DNA from: Vicinamibacterales bacterium
Lineage (GTDB): Bacteria; Acidobacteriota; Vicinamibacteria; Vicinamibacterales; SCN-69-37
Direction: 5' to 3'
Length of the DNA: 64,000 nucleotides
Assembly: GCA_035519535.1 (NCBI GenBank)
Contig: DATIWF010000068.1
Location: forward strand, 610 to 64,609
The notes beneath the pieces are model-generated. The model saw only the letters and a list, made by a program, of their open reading frames with translations, did no database searches and was not told where the DNA came from. The position numbers and the translations under genes are program-made. Below are positions 7,664 to 18,782 of the stretch, in pieces (positions within the stretch are counted from its first letter, which is position 1; the number at the start of each line of letters is the position of its first letter).

Positions 7664-8761
7664 ATGAGCGGCGCGCACCGCGTTTTCGCGCTCTCCTGCC
7701 ACGCGTCCTACCGGTGCCGTCACGCCGGCGCGTGTTGCACCGCGGGCTGGCCAATCCCGGTCGAGTCCGATCGGCTCGCGCGCCTGCGCGCGGCGATCGC
7801 CGCGCGGGCGCTTCAGCCGCCGCGCGCGATCGACGACGCGCGGCTCTTCGAGACCCTGCCTGGCGCGCCCGCCGGCACGCCGGCGGTCCTCGGCGTGGTC
7901 GATCGCGCGTGCGTGTTCTTCGACGCCGAACGCGGCCGGACGTGCGCCGTGCAGCGCGCGCTCGGCCACGACGCGCTGCCGCTCGCCTGCCGGCAATTCC
8001 CGCGCGTCGTCGTCCGCGATCCCCGCGGGGTGTCGGTGACGCTGTCGCACTACTGCCCGACTGCGGCGTCCTTGCTCTCGGCGCCCGGCCCGCCATCGAT
8101 CGTGACCGATGCGGCGGCGTTCCCGCCCGACGCCGAGTATTCCGGTCTGGATGCCACGACGAGCCTGCCGCCCGCGCTCACGCCTCACGTGTTGATGGAC
8201 TGGCCGAGCTGGTGGGAGATCGAGCATCTCGCGGTCGATCTGATCGCGGTCGAGGCCGGCTCGCCCGAACGGGCGCTGGCGCGACTCGGCGTGCTCGTTG
8301 AGCATGCGCGGGCCTGGCGGCCCGGCGGCGGCGCGCCGCTCGTGACCGCCGTGCGCACTGCGGGCGAGCACGCCCGCGCGACGACGCCAGTCGGGTGGGC
8401 GCCGTCTGGCGCGTGGCTTGCGGAGCGTTGTCAGATCGCGCTCGGCGCGGTTCCGCCCGAACTCCTGAGCGCGGCGCCGGCCGTCTCGCCATCGGGCGCG
8501 TCTGACATCTCAGCCACGGTGCTGACGCATTTCCTCTCGGCCCACGCCTTCGCCAACTGGACCGCGCATCTGGGGCGGGGCCTGCGCTCGTGGCAGCGAT
8601 CCCTTGAGGTCGCGTTCGCGCTGGTCCGTTCGGGCCGAAGCGTCCGCGACGCCGACCTGATTCTGCGTCATCTGGCCGATCCGCACGCATTCGCCGCGGC
8701 CTGCAGCCTGGCCGAGGACCGCATACTCCCGTCACCCTGGCGCACCGGCGTTCGCGTGTAG
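7664..8761 (+). CDS. Cys-rich protein, YkgJ/FliB-like putative Fe-S or Zn-binding N-terminal motif
   Basis: N-terminus CHASYRCRHAGACCTAGWPIPV resembles the CxxCx..CC..W motif of the FliB lysine-N-methylase / UPF0153 family. More Cys residues lie downstream (ACVFF, TCAV, LACRQFPR). Confidence 0.5.
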   Translation: MSGAHRVFALSCHASYRCRHAGACCTAGWPIPVESDRLARLRAAIAARALQPPRAIDDARLFETLPGAPAGTPAVLGVVDRACVFFDAERGRTCAVQRALGHDALPLACRQFPRVVVRDPRGVSVTLSHYCPTAASLLSAPGPPSIVTDAAAFPPDAEYSGLDATTSLPPALTPHVLMDWPSWWEIEHLAVDLIAVEAGSPERALARLGVLVEHARAWRPGGGAPLVTAVRTAGEHARATTPVGWAPSGAWLAERCQIALGAVPPELLSAAPAVSPSGASDISATVLTHFLSAHAFANWTAHLGRGLRSWQRSLEVAFALVRSGRSVRDADLILRHLADPHAFAAACSLAEDRILPSPWRTGVRV

Positions 8762-8773
8762 AATCGAGCGACT

Positions 8774-9244
8774 GTGGCAGAGCCGCACAAGCACCACGAC
8801 AAAGAGGACGAGGACCGCGCGGTTCGGCGCATGCTGGCCCCGCCCTCGTCGGACATGAACGTCACCCCGCTCATCGACGTCCTGCTGGTGCTGCTGGTCA
8901 TCTTCATGGCCACGCTGCCGCTGACGCAGCGCGGCATGGACATCAACCTGCCGCTCGAGGTGAGTCCGACGACGCAGCCGAAGGACGTGGAGACGGAGAT
9001 CGTGGCTCAGGTCACGGCTGACCACAAACTCACCCTCAACAAGCAGACGACGTCGCTCGACGAGTTCGAGTCGAAGCTCCGCGATCTGCTCGTCAACCGC
9101 AAGGACAAGACCATCTTCGTGATCGGCGACAAGGACCTGCACTACGGCGAGATGATGAACGTCATCGACGCGGCGATGGGCGCGGGCGCCCGTGTGGCGA
9201 TCGTCACCGAGGGGATGAAACAGGAAGTGAGCAAGGGGCGCTGA
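8774..9244 (+). CDS. exbD: ExbD/TolR family biopolymer transport protein
   Basis: MNVTPLIDVLLVLLVIFM TM helix followed by INLP...; typical ExbD periplasmic domain (KTIFVIGDKDLHYGEMMNVIDAA). No exbB/tonB is adjacent. Confidence 0.85.
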   Translation: MAEPHKHHDKEDEDRAVRRMLAPPSSDMNVTPLIDVLLVLLVIFMATLPLTQRGMDINLPLEVSPTTQPKDVETEIVAQVTADHKLTLNKQTTSLDEFESKLRDLLVNRKDKTIFVIGDKDLHYGEMMNVIDAAMGAGARVAIVTEGMKQEVSKGR

Positions 9245-9272
9245 GGCGCCCCGAGCCCCGGCGTCGCCCGTC

Positions 9273-10976
<1,704 letters not shown>

Positions 10977-11143
10977 AGGGGGCCCTCTGTGACGTCAAGC
11001 TCTCGATTGTACTTCGACACCCCGCCGAACTTCTAACTTCTGGCTTCTCACTTGATCGCTTTTCAGCAAAGGTGATCAGATAGCCGTCCGGATCGGTCAG
11101 TCGGGCGCCGTGATGCGGACGTCGAAGCCAGCGCTCTTGTACA

Positions 11144-11488
11144 ATGGCTCGCGGGATGGACATCCGCGAGCGACAGATCGGGCAGGCGACGGTCGTCGAG
11201 CTGTCGGGCCGGTTGACGGTCAACGATCAGCCGGGCGTGCTGAAAGAAGCGGTGGCGAACGCCGTCAGCCGCGGCGCCCGCAACGTGCTGCTCGATCTCT
11301 CCGGCGTGCGCTACATCGACAGCACCCGCCTCGGCGAGCTGATCGCGGCGCACATCACGGTGTCGCGACAGGGCGGCAAGCTCAAACTCGTCGGGACCCC
11401 GGAGCGGATCGTCGAGCTGCTGCACATGGCGGGCCTCGACGGCGTCTTCGAACGCTTCGCGACCGCGGACGACGCCGTCCGAAGCTAG
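11144..11488 (+). CDS. STAS domain protein (anti-sigma factor antagonist, SpoIIAA-like)
   Basis: 114 aa; VVELSGRLTV...LLDLSGVRYIDSTRLGELI...KLKLVG...ELLHMAGLDGVF matches the anti-anti-sigma pattern. Confidence 0.85.
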   Translation: MARGMDIRERQIGQATVVELSGRLTVNDQPGVLKEAVANAVSRGARNVLLDLSGVRYIDSTRLGELIAAHITVSRQGGKLKLVGTPERIVELLHMAGLDGVFERFATADDAVRS

Positions 11489-12006
11489 CGTGACGCCGGC
11501 GGCGGGGCGGCCTCGGACTGGCGGGATCCGAGCTCGCGGTCGAGGTCCAGCAGAGACGCCGGATCGTCCTTGACCATGTGGAACTTCGCGACGATCTCCC
11601 GGACGCTCTTCTCTTCCTCGACCTGCTCGGTGATGAACCACTGCAGCTCGGCCATCGCGGCGAAGACCTTTTCGTGGAACGCGAGCTCGTAGAGCTCGTC
11701 GATCTGGCCGCTGACCTTCTGTTCCTGCGCGAGCGCCTGCTCGAACACCTCCACGACCGACCCGAAATCAGCCCGGGGCTCGTCGATGCCCAGCAACCGG
11801 ACGTGGTGATTGCGCGCCAGCACGAAGTCGAACAGCTTCATGGCATGCAGGTGCTCCTCGGCGCTCTGCAGGCGCAGCCACTGCCCGGCACCCATGAACT
11901 TGTGGTGCTCGCACCACCCGGCCATGGCCAGGTACGAGAACGACGCGCTGAATTCCGCCGCGATCTGGCGGTTGATGGCCTCGAGCACTTTGGGTGTCAT
12001 GGACAC
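11485..12006 (-). CDS. ftnA: non-heme ferritin
   Basis: LNRQI-AEF-AS--YL-MA-W pattern (INRQIAAEFSASFSYLAMAGWC), EEHLHAMKLFDF, and QEQKVSGQIDELYELA ferroxidase/helix motifs. Confidence 0.85.
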   Translation of the reverse strand: MSMTPKVLEAINRQIAAEFSASFSYLAMAGWCEHHKFMGAGQWLRLQSAEEHLHAMKLFDFVLARNHHVRLLGIDEPRADFGSVVEVFEQALAQEQKVSGQIDELYELAFHEKVFAAMAELQWFITEQVEEEKSVREIVAKFHMVKDDPASLLDLDRELGSRQSEAAPPPASR

Positions 12007-12120
12007 ATTCTAGTGCCGGCCCCGCGCGGGCGACTGGCGTATCATCCTGCCGTGGCGGTCCGGACGCTCAAGACTGGGATCGAGCCCGGAAAGTCATAGA
12101 GTAGTAAGGAGCACGCGGCG

Positions 12121-12963
12121 ATGGCATTCGACGACCTGCCCCTCGAACGGACTGACGCACCGCCCCCGCCGCCGCCCGTACCGCCGTCTCCGCCGCTGCC
12201 CTCCGGGGCGCCGACGCGGTGGATTGTCCTCGGCGCCGTGGCAGTGGTGGCCGGCGCGCTGCTCGCGCTCTGGTGGCTGAGCCGCGCGCATCCAGAAACG
12301 GCGACGCCCCCAGCGACGGCGGCGACCGACGTGGCGGTGCCGCGCAACCGTCCGAAGCCGCAGCCGATCGATCTGCCGCCGCTCGATGCGTCGGACACCG
12401 CGCTCCGCACGCTCGTCGCCGCCCTCTCCAAGCACCCGCTGCTCTCGCGGCTGCTGGCGACGAAGGACCTCGTCCGCAACGCCACGCTCGCGACCGTGCA
12501 GATTGGCGACGGCAAGACGCCCGCGACGCCGCTCCTCGTGCTGCGGCCGGCGACCCACGTCGCGATTGCCGGCACGGCGTCGGGGCGGCTCGATCCCGCG
12601 AGCTACGCGCGATGGGACAGCGCGACCGCGGCGCTCACGTCGATCAATCCGCCCGACCTCGCGCAGCTCTACGTCAACACGCAGCTGCTCTTCGATCAGG
12701 CCTATCGCGAGCTTGGCCATCCGAACGCCGGGTTCGATGAGGCGATCGTTCGTGCGATCAACACCCTGGGCGCCACGCCGCAGGTCGATCAGGATCCCGT
12801 CCTGGTCCGCCGCTCCGGGGGCCTCTTCGAACACGAGGACCAGAACCTGCGCGGTCTGCTGCCGGTGCAGAAGCAGTTCCTGCTGATGGGCCCGGACAAC
12901 CGCCGCAAGATCATGGGCTGGCTCAAGCAGTTCGCCATCGACCTCGACCTCAAGGTCGACTGA
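12121..12963 (+). CDS. DUF3014 domain protein (N-terminal anchor, Pro-rich linker)
   Basis: AAGGAG 8 nt upstream of the ATG. One TM helix. The C-terminal region with PVQKQFLLMGPDNRRKIMGWLKQFA resembles DUF3014 proteins. Confidence 0.65.
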   Translation: MAFDDLPLERTDAPPPPPPVPPSPPLPSGAPTRWIVLGAVAVVAGALLALWWLSRAHPETATPPATAATDVAVPRNRPKPQPIDLPPLDASDTALRTLVAALSKHPLLSRLLATKDLVRNATLATVQIGDGKTPATPLLVLRPATHVAIAGTASGRLDPASYARWDSATAALTSINPPDLAQLYVNTQLLFDQAYRELGHPNAGFDEAIVRAINTLGATPQVDQDPVLVRRSGGLFEHEDQNLRGLLPVQKQFLLMGPDNRRKIMGWLKQFAIDLDLKVD

Positions 12964-12968
12964 CCGCC

Positions 12969-15362
12969 CTACTCGTGCCTGAGCGCGACGATCGGATCGA
13001 CTGACGCGGCGCGCAGCGCCGGGACGATCGACGCGGCGAATCCCGTCAGGAGCAAGACGCCAATCACCACACCGAACACGACGGGATCACCCTGCGTGAC
13101 ATTGAAGAAGAGAATCTTCATGAACCCGGCGAGAAACCACGCGGGGAGCAGGCCGAGCGCGATCCCGGCGCCGACGCGCCAGAGTCCCTGCGACAGCACC
13201 ATGCGGATCACGCGGGCGCGGTCCGCACCAAGCGCGAGGCGCACGCCGATCTCCTGGGTGCGGCGCCGCACGCCAAAGGCCATCACGCCGTAGAGTCCGG
13301 CCGCGGCGAGCACCAGGGCGCCGACGCCGAACGCCGTCAAGAGCGCGCCGAAGACCCGGAAGGCCCAGCTGCGCTGCCAGAGCGCCGCCGAAAGCCGGTC
13401 GCTGCCGGAGAGCGCGAGGTCCTGGTCGACGTCGGCGATCGCCCGGCGGATGGCGCTCGTGAGCGCCACGGGATCGCCCGTCGTCGAGGCGAGGATGCCC
13501 AGCGTCCGAACCGGAAACTGCGCGAGCGGCACGTACATCGTCTCGGTCACATCGCCCGGGTTCGCGCCGACCGCCAGATTCGGGACGATGCCGATGATCG
13601 TCACCCACGGCGCTTTGGGATCGTTGCCGTACTTGACGCGCCGGCCGACCGCGTCTTCACCGGGGAAGAGCTTCCTGGCGAAGTCCTCGCCGACGAGCGC
13701 AACGGGCGGCGCGGCGGCGCCGTCGCTGACGGAGATCATCCGGCCGCGGAGGAGCGGCACGCGGAGCGTCGCGAAGAACGAGGGCGACACGATCACACGG
13801 CGGACCATCGGATGGTCGTTGTCGGAGGCATAGGTCCGTCCCTCGACCGAGGCCGGCGTCCCGCCGCCGGGCGTCGGGACGCCGGAGCTGAACGCGAGCC
13901 CTCGCACGCCCGGAACCGAGGCCAGCCGGTCCGCCAGCCGGTCCGTCACGCCCCACACGTCCGCGTCGGCAGGATACGCCTTCTGGCCAATCAACACGGA
14001 GCCGGTGAAGACGTCTTCGGTGGCAAACGGATAGTCGACCTGGCCGATCTGCACGACGCTCTTGATCACCAGCCCGGAGACCACGAGCAGGCAACAGGAC
14101 AGCAGCACTTCCGCCACGACCAGCGTGCGGGAGAACCGGCCGATGCGCACACCCGTATTGCCCCGGCCCTCGTCCTTCAGCACGGCGTTCACGTCCTGAC
14201 GCGTGACGCGCAGCGCGGGAACGAGGCTCGAGAGGACCGCGGCCAGAAGCGTGATCGCCATCACGAAGAGCAGCACGATCTGATCCACGCGGATGTCGAT
14301 CCAGAACGGCGGGTGCGTGTCGGCGACGGCGCCGCGGAAGAGCCGGGTGCCGACCAGGGCGATCCCGAGCCCGAGCGCGGCGCCGAGCGCCGCCAGGATC
14401 AGGCCTTCCACGAGCAGCTGCCGCACGACGCGGGCACGGCCCGCGCCGAGCGCCGTCCGGACCGCGATCTCCTTGCCGCGCTCCGCGGCCCGGGCCAGCT
14501 GGAGGTTGGTCACGTTCGCGCAGGCGATGAGCAGCACGCCCATCACAGCCACGAGCATCGCCGTCAGCGTGCTGATGACCTGCTTGCTCATGAACCGCCG
14601 GATGAACGGCATCACGTCGGTCGTGAGGTCTTTGTTCTCGGGATATTGCTGTTCGAGCCGGCGCGCGATGGCCGCCATGTCGGCCGACGCCCGTTCAATC
14701 GTGACCCCGGCCTTCAACCGCCCGACCACGCTCACCTGCCGGCCCTGGCCGCGCGTGGCGCCCGCCTTCAACTCGAGGGGCCGCCAGAGGTCCGCCCCTT
14801 GCGGAAACGCAAATTTCGGCGGCATCACGCCCACGATTTCCGTCGGCGTGCCGTTCACGCGGATCGATCGCCCGATCACGCCCGGGTCGCCGCCGAACTG
14901 CAGCCGCCAGACGGGCTCGCTGATGATGGCCACGGCCGGCGCCCCTGGCTGGCTGTCGGCGTCGGTGAAGTCGCGGCCCAACGCCGTAGTGGTCCGCAGC
15001 AGGTGAAGCGAGTTCGCCGTGATGTCCGCCGCGCGGTATTCCTGCGGCGCGAGGCCCCCGGACACGACCACGGTGTCGCCGGCGAACGCGGACAGCTCCT
15101 CGAACGTCTGCTGGCTGGCGCGCCAGTCGAGGAAGTCCTCGAGCGACGTCGAGATGCTGTTGGCCGGACGGTTCACGACGTGTCGGCTGATCGCGAGGAT
15201 GCGCTCGGACTCCTCGAACGGCAGCCCCCGGAGGAACACCCCCTGCACGATGCTGAACATCGTCGTCGTCAGTCCGATGCCGAGCCCGAGCGCGACGATG
15301 GCGAGGAGCGACGTGCCGGGACGCTTGATGAGGATGCGAAAACCGAACTTCAGGTCATTCAT
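12969..15362 (-). CDS. ADOP family duplicated FtsX/MacB-type permease (Acidobacterial duplicated orphan permease)
   Basis: Start taken at the in-frame MNDLKFGFRILIKRPGTSLLAIVALGLGIG, the canonical ADOP N-terminus. Two MacB_PCD + FtsX halves. No ATPase gene is adjacent. Confidence 0.85.
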   Translation of the reverse strand: MNDLKFGFRILIKRPGTSLLAIVALGLGIGLTTTMFSIVQGVFLRGLPFEESERILAISRHVVNRPANSISTSLEDFLDWRASQQTFEELSAFAGDTVVVSGGLAPQEYRAADITANSLHLLRTTTALGRDFTDADSQPGAPAVAIISEPVWRLQFGGDPGVIGRSIRVNGTPTEIVGVMPPKFAFPQGADLWRPLELKAGATRGQGRQVSVVGRLKAGVTIERASADMAAIARRLEQQYPENKDLTTDVMPFIRRFMSKQVISTLTAMLVAVMGVLLIACANVTNLQLARAAERGKEIAVRTALGAGRARVVRQLLVEGLILAALGAALGLGIALVGTRLFRGAVADTHPPFWIDIRVDQIVLLFVMAITLLAAVLSSLVPALRVTRQDVNAVLKDEGRGNTGVRIGRFSRTLVVAEVLLSCCLLVVSGLVIKSVVQIGQVDYPFATEDVFTGSVLIGQKAYPADADVWGVTDRLADRLASVPGVRGLAFSSGVPTPGGGTPASVEGRTYASDNDHPMVRRVIVSPSFFATLRVPLLRGRMISVSDGAAAPPVALVGEDFARKLFPGEDAVGRRVKYGNDPKAPWVTIIGIVPNLAVGANPGDVTETMYVPLAQFPVRTLGILASTTGDPVALTSAIRRAIADVDQDLALSGSDRLSAALWQRSWAFRVFGALLTAFGVGALVLAAAGLYGVMAFGVRRRTQEIGVRLALGADRARVIRMVLSQGLWRVGAGIALGLLPAWFLAGFMKILFFNVTQGDPVVFGVVIGVLLLTGFAASIVPALRAASVDPIVALRHE

Positions 15363-15410
15363 CGCGTGGGCGCTCGCCTGTGGACGGCCACAACACGGGA
15401 TCGCGGGTGT

Positions 15411-15433
15411 TTGACGCGCGGCAGGCGCGTCAA
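15411..15433. promoter_or_regulatory. operator-like palindrome TTGACGCGC-N5-GCGCGTCAA in the divergent intergenic region
   Basis: Perfect 9-bp arms read directly. Lies between the ADOP permease start (15362) and the desaturase start (15581). Function is inferred only. Confidence 0.25.
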
Positions 15434-15580
15434 GTTCCACGCGGCGACGGACATAAGGGCGGCGGCCCGAGGCGCCGATAACTAATACGCGCGAGCCCGG
15501 TCGATGGTAAACTAGTATGGTTATCTCGCGTGGTCCCGGGCCGTCCGGGCCGGGACTTTCCACTGACACAGGATGCGTGG

Positions 15581-16387
15581 ATGGCTGAACTCGCTCTGAA
15601 GCGGAAGAACTACGACCTGGGCACGATGCTGCCGTTTCTTGTGCTGCACGCCTCCGTCCTGCTCGTCCTGACCGTTCCGTTCCGTCTCGAATACCTGCTG
15701 TGGCTTGCCGGGTCGTATCTGCTGCGCATGTTCGCGGTGACGGCCGGCTACCACCGGTACTTCAGCCATCGATCGTTCAAGCTGAATCGCTTCTGGCAGT
15801 TCATGCTCGCCTGGCTCGCCCAGACGTCCGGGCAGAAGGGCGTCCTGTGGTGGGCGTCGCACCACCGCGACCATCACCTGAACTCGGACCGCCAGGCCGA
15901 CCTGCACTCGCCGGTGCACGAGGGCTTCTGGTGGTCGCACCTCGGCTGGATTCTGTCCGACGAGTACGACGACTACGACCCGCGCCGCATCGCCGATTTC
16001 TCCCGCTATCCCGAGCTGCGCTGGCTCGATCGCTTCCACCTGGTGCCGACCGTGGCCTACGCGGTCGCGATTTTCCTGATCGGCGGATGGGGCGCGTTCG
16101 TGTGGGGTTTCCTCGTGTCAACGGTCGTGCTGTACCACGGCACGTTCCTGATCAACTCGCTGGCGCACATCTGGGGCTCGCGGCGGTTTGCGACGCCCGA
16201 CGAGAGCCGCAACAACTTCTTCCTCGCGCTCGTCACGCTCGGCGAGGGCTGGCACAACAACCATCATTACTTCATGTCGAGCGTCCGCCAGGGCGTTCGC
16301 TGGTGGGAAGTGGACATCACGTACTACGTGCTGCGCGCCCTCTCGTGGGTCGGCATCGCGCACGAGCTGAGAGAGTTCAGCGAGTAG
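15581..16387 (+). CDS. acyl-CoA (delta-9 type) fatty acid desaturase
   Basis: Three His boxes: HRYFSH, HHRDHH, HNNHH. Four TM segments. In-frame ATG at 15581 (MAELALKRK). Confidence 0.85.
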   Translation: MAELALKRKNYDLGTMLPFLVLHASVLLVLTVPFRLEYLLWLAGSYLLRMFAVTAGYHRYFSHRSFKLNRFWQFMLAWLAQTSGQKGVLWWASHHRDHHLNSDRQADLHSPVHEGFWWSHLGWILSDEYDDYDPRRIADFSRYPELRWLDRFHLVPTVAYAVAIFLIGGWGAFVWGFLVSTVVLYHGTFLINSLAHIWGSRRFATPDESRNNFFLALVTLGEGWHNNHHYFMSSVRQGVRWWEVDITYYVLRALSWVGIAHELREFSE

Positions 16388-16415
16388 AGACCGTCGCCGA
16401 GGCCCTGCGAACCCG

Positions 16416-17522
16416 TTATCTCCTTCTGAACTGATACTTGCTCAGCGCATCCCGGAACGGCGGCGTCAGGATGAGCGACACCGCACGGCCGTAGCTTTCC
16501 ATCCCGTCCGACACGCGATTGGCTCTGAGGTACGAATCGTAGACGCGGTTCGCGGCCATCTGGATTTCCGGGCGACGGTTCCTCAGCCGATCGGCAATCG
16601 CCTCGAGGTCGGATCGCACGCCGGGGTCGAGCTGGCTCGTCACGAACTGGGCGCGGTCGGCGGGGAGCGCGGCGCGCGCTTCCATGATCAGATAGAGGCT
16701 GGCGCTGTAGGCCAGGGGCGCCGGGCCGTGCATGCAGGCATACCAGCCGACGGCGCTCGCTTCAGCCTCATCGGCCTCGCCCGACAGGTGCGCCCACTCG
16801 TGCGCGAGCACGTAGGGCCGCTCGAACGGCAGCAGGTCCGGCTGAACGATGGTCTCGAGCGCGAGCGGGTTGAGCATCCCATCGACGCCCGACCAGGTGA
16901 AGAACGGCGTCAGGAGCAGCGAGTACTTCGGGCGGCCGGCGGTGCGCAGGGGCTCGCGGTTGAGCTGTGCGAGCGCCTCGTTCATCGGATCGCGGAGCGC
17001 CTTCGACACGCCCTCGAAGCTGAGGACGTCGGCCGTCGAGGAGCCGATGCGCAGGCGGGTCGCCAGCGCGTTGGCGTCCGAGATCCCGCCCTGCAGGAAC
17101 TCAGGCGTGAGCGGCGTGGCGCCGGCGTCCGATCGCAGCGTGAACTCAATCGTCAGCCGGCGGTAATTCAAGCCCCAGAAGCACATGAACACGATCGTCA
17201 GCATCGCCGCGGCCCGCGCGACGCGGCGGATGCCCTCCCAGGCGGCGTCCACGATGCTTTCGTGGCGCGCCACGCTCAGGAGCCTCACGAACCGCTTGAG
17301 CGCGAGGTAGACCGCGAACACGATGAAGAGGTCCACGAGCGCAAACGGCACGAGGTTGCTGCCGGCCGTGAGCCACCGCTGGATCTGCACGTAGACGCCG
17401 CGCGAGTAGAACTGCTCGACGACCCAGCCCGGGATGGGCACGAGCGCGAGGCCCGCGGCCGCCAGCGGCGCGACGAGCCAGAACGTCACCGGCTCGGACG
17501 GCGTTACTTGTGGCTTGGCCAT
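16416..17522 (-). CDS. DUF3810 family membrane protein (putative zinc metallopeptidase, HExxH)
   Basis: In-frame ATG (MAKPQV...). N-terminal TM helices, then the VLAHEWAHLSGEADEAEASAVGW motif typical of DUF3810. Overlaps the ndh stop by 19 nt. Confidence 0.65.
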   Translation of the reverse strand: MAKPQVTPSEPVTFWLVAPLAAAGLALVPIPGWVVEQFYSRGVYVQIQRWLTAGSNLVPFALVDLFIVFAVYLALKRFVRLLSVARHESIVDAAWEGIRRVARAAAMLTIVFMCFWGLNYRRLTIEFTLRSDAGATPLTPEFLQGGISDANALATRLRIGSSTADVLSFEGVSKALRDPMNEALAQLNREPLRTAGRPKYSLLLTPFFTWSGVDGMLNPLALETIVQPDLLPFERPYVLAHEWAHLSGEADEAEASAVGWYACMHGPAPLAYSASLYLIMEARAALPADRAQFVTSQLDPGVRSDLEAIADRLRNRRPEIQMAANRVYDSYLRANRVSDGMESYGRAVSLILTPPFRDALSKYQFRRR

Positions 17523-18772
17523 GGATCCTCTCCCGTAATGAGACGCACGGACCGCTGGTACGTCAGATACGCGAACGCCCACTGGGTCATGACCGACAAT
17601 CGGTTGCGGAAGCCGATGAGCTTCAGGATGTGGACGAACAGCCAGAAGAGCCACGCCGGATAGCCCTTGAACCGTCCCCACGGCAGGTCGCTCACGGCCG
17701 AGTTGCGGCCGATCGTCGCGAGGTTGCCGAGATTCCGGTACACGAACGGCTCGCGCGGCTGTCCCGCGATCGCCCGGCCGATGCTGCGCGCCGCGTGCAC
17801 GCCGCCCTGAATCGCCACCTGCGCGACGCCGGGCAGCGGCCGCCCGTCCTTGCCGTTCATGATCGCCAGATCGCCAATCACGAACACCTCGGGGTGTCCC
17901 GGCAGCGTGAGATCGTCGTTGACCTGCACGCGTCCGACGCGATCGACCGGCCCGCCCAGGGCGCGTCCCAGCGGCGACGCCGACACCCCGGCTGCCCAGA
18001 GGATCGTGCCCGCTTCGATGGTCTCGGCGCCGATCTGCACCTTGTCTGCCTCCACGCCTGTCACCGTCCGTCCCGTCCAGACGGCGACGCCCAATCGCTC
18101 GAGCGCTCGCCGCGCGAAGGCCGACAGCGTCGCCGGATACGCCGGCAGCACGTTCGGTCCGCCTTCGACCAGAATGATCCGCGCCGACTCCGGATCGATC
18201 GTCCGGAAATCGTGCGCGAGAGCGTGCCGCGAGATCTCCGCGAGCGCGCCCGCCAGCTCCACGCCCGTCGGCCCGCCGCCCACGACGACGAACGTGAGCA
18301 GGCGCCGTTGCCGGACCGGGTCCGTTTCCCGCTCGGCTTCCTCGAAAGCGAGAAGAACCCTACGTCGTATATCGAGCGCATCCTCCAACGTCTTCAGTCC
18401 CGGGGCGAACCGCGGCCAGTCGTCGTGCCCGAAATAGGCGTGGGCCGCCCCGGCCGCGACAATCAGGTAGTCGTACGGCGCCTGGCCGTCGGCCAGGGTC
18501 ACAGTTTTGTGATCGACGTCGATCGCGGTCACCTCGGCGAGCCAGACCTCGACATTGGCCTGCCGCCGGAGAATCCAGCGAATCGGCGACGCGATGTCGC
18601 CCGGCGAGAGACCGGCCGTCGCGACCTGATACAGGAGCGGTTGGAAGACGTGATGGTTGCGCCGGTCGATGAGCAGCACATCGACCGGCGCATGACGAAG
18701 CGCTTTCGCGGCGTTGAGCCCGCCGAAGCCGCCGCCGATGATGACGACGCGCGGACGCGCCCGAGTGGTCAC
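17504..18772 (-). CDS. ndh: type II NADH:quinone oxidoreductase (NDH-2)
   Basis: VVIIGGGFGGL and VVVGGGPTGVELAG dinucleotide-binding motifs, and a C-terminal amphipathic/membrane anchor. Confidence 0.9.
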   Translation of the reverse strand: MTTRARPRVVIIGGGFGGLNAAKALRHAPVDVLLIDRRNHHVFQPLLYQVATAGLSPGDIASPIRWILRRQANVEVWLAEVTAIDVDHKTVTLADGQAPYDYLIVAAGAAHAYFGHDDWPRFAPGLKTLEDALDIRRRVLLAFEEAERETDPVRQRRLLTFVVVGGGPTGVELAGALAEISRHALAHDFRTIDPESARIILVEGGPNVLPAYPATLSAFARRALERLGVAVWTGRTVTGVEADKVQIGAETIEAGTILWAAGVSASPLGRALGGPVDRVGRVQVNDDLTLPGHPEVFVIGDLAIMNGKDGRPLPGVAQVAIQGGVHAARSIGRAIAGQPREPFVYRNLGNLATIGRNSAVSDLPWGRFKGYPAWLFWLFVHILKLIGFRNRLSVMTQWAFAYLTYQRSVRLITGEDPWPSHK

Positions 18773-18782
18773 ACGCTACACG

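Noticed and set aside
11059-11109. Possible remnant of a glyoxalase/VOC-family gene. Minus-strand translation GARLTDPDGYLITFAEK resembles the family's C-terminal beta-strand motif.
   Set aside because: Only ~17 residues match. The rest of the ORF (10969..11223 -) overlaps the STAS gene and has no VOC features. This is too short to support a pseudogene call without a database search.
15480-15530. AT-rich stretch (TAACTAATACG...GGTAAACTAGTATGGTTATC) upstream of the desaturase as a sigma70 promoter.
   Set aside because: -10-like hexamers (TAAACT, TAGTAT) are present, but no acceptable -35 lies at 16-18-nt spacing. Without TSS data I prefer not to call it.
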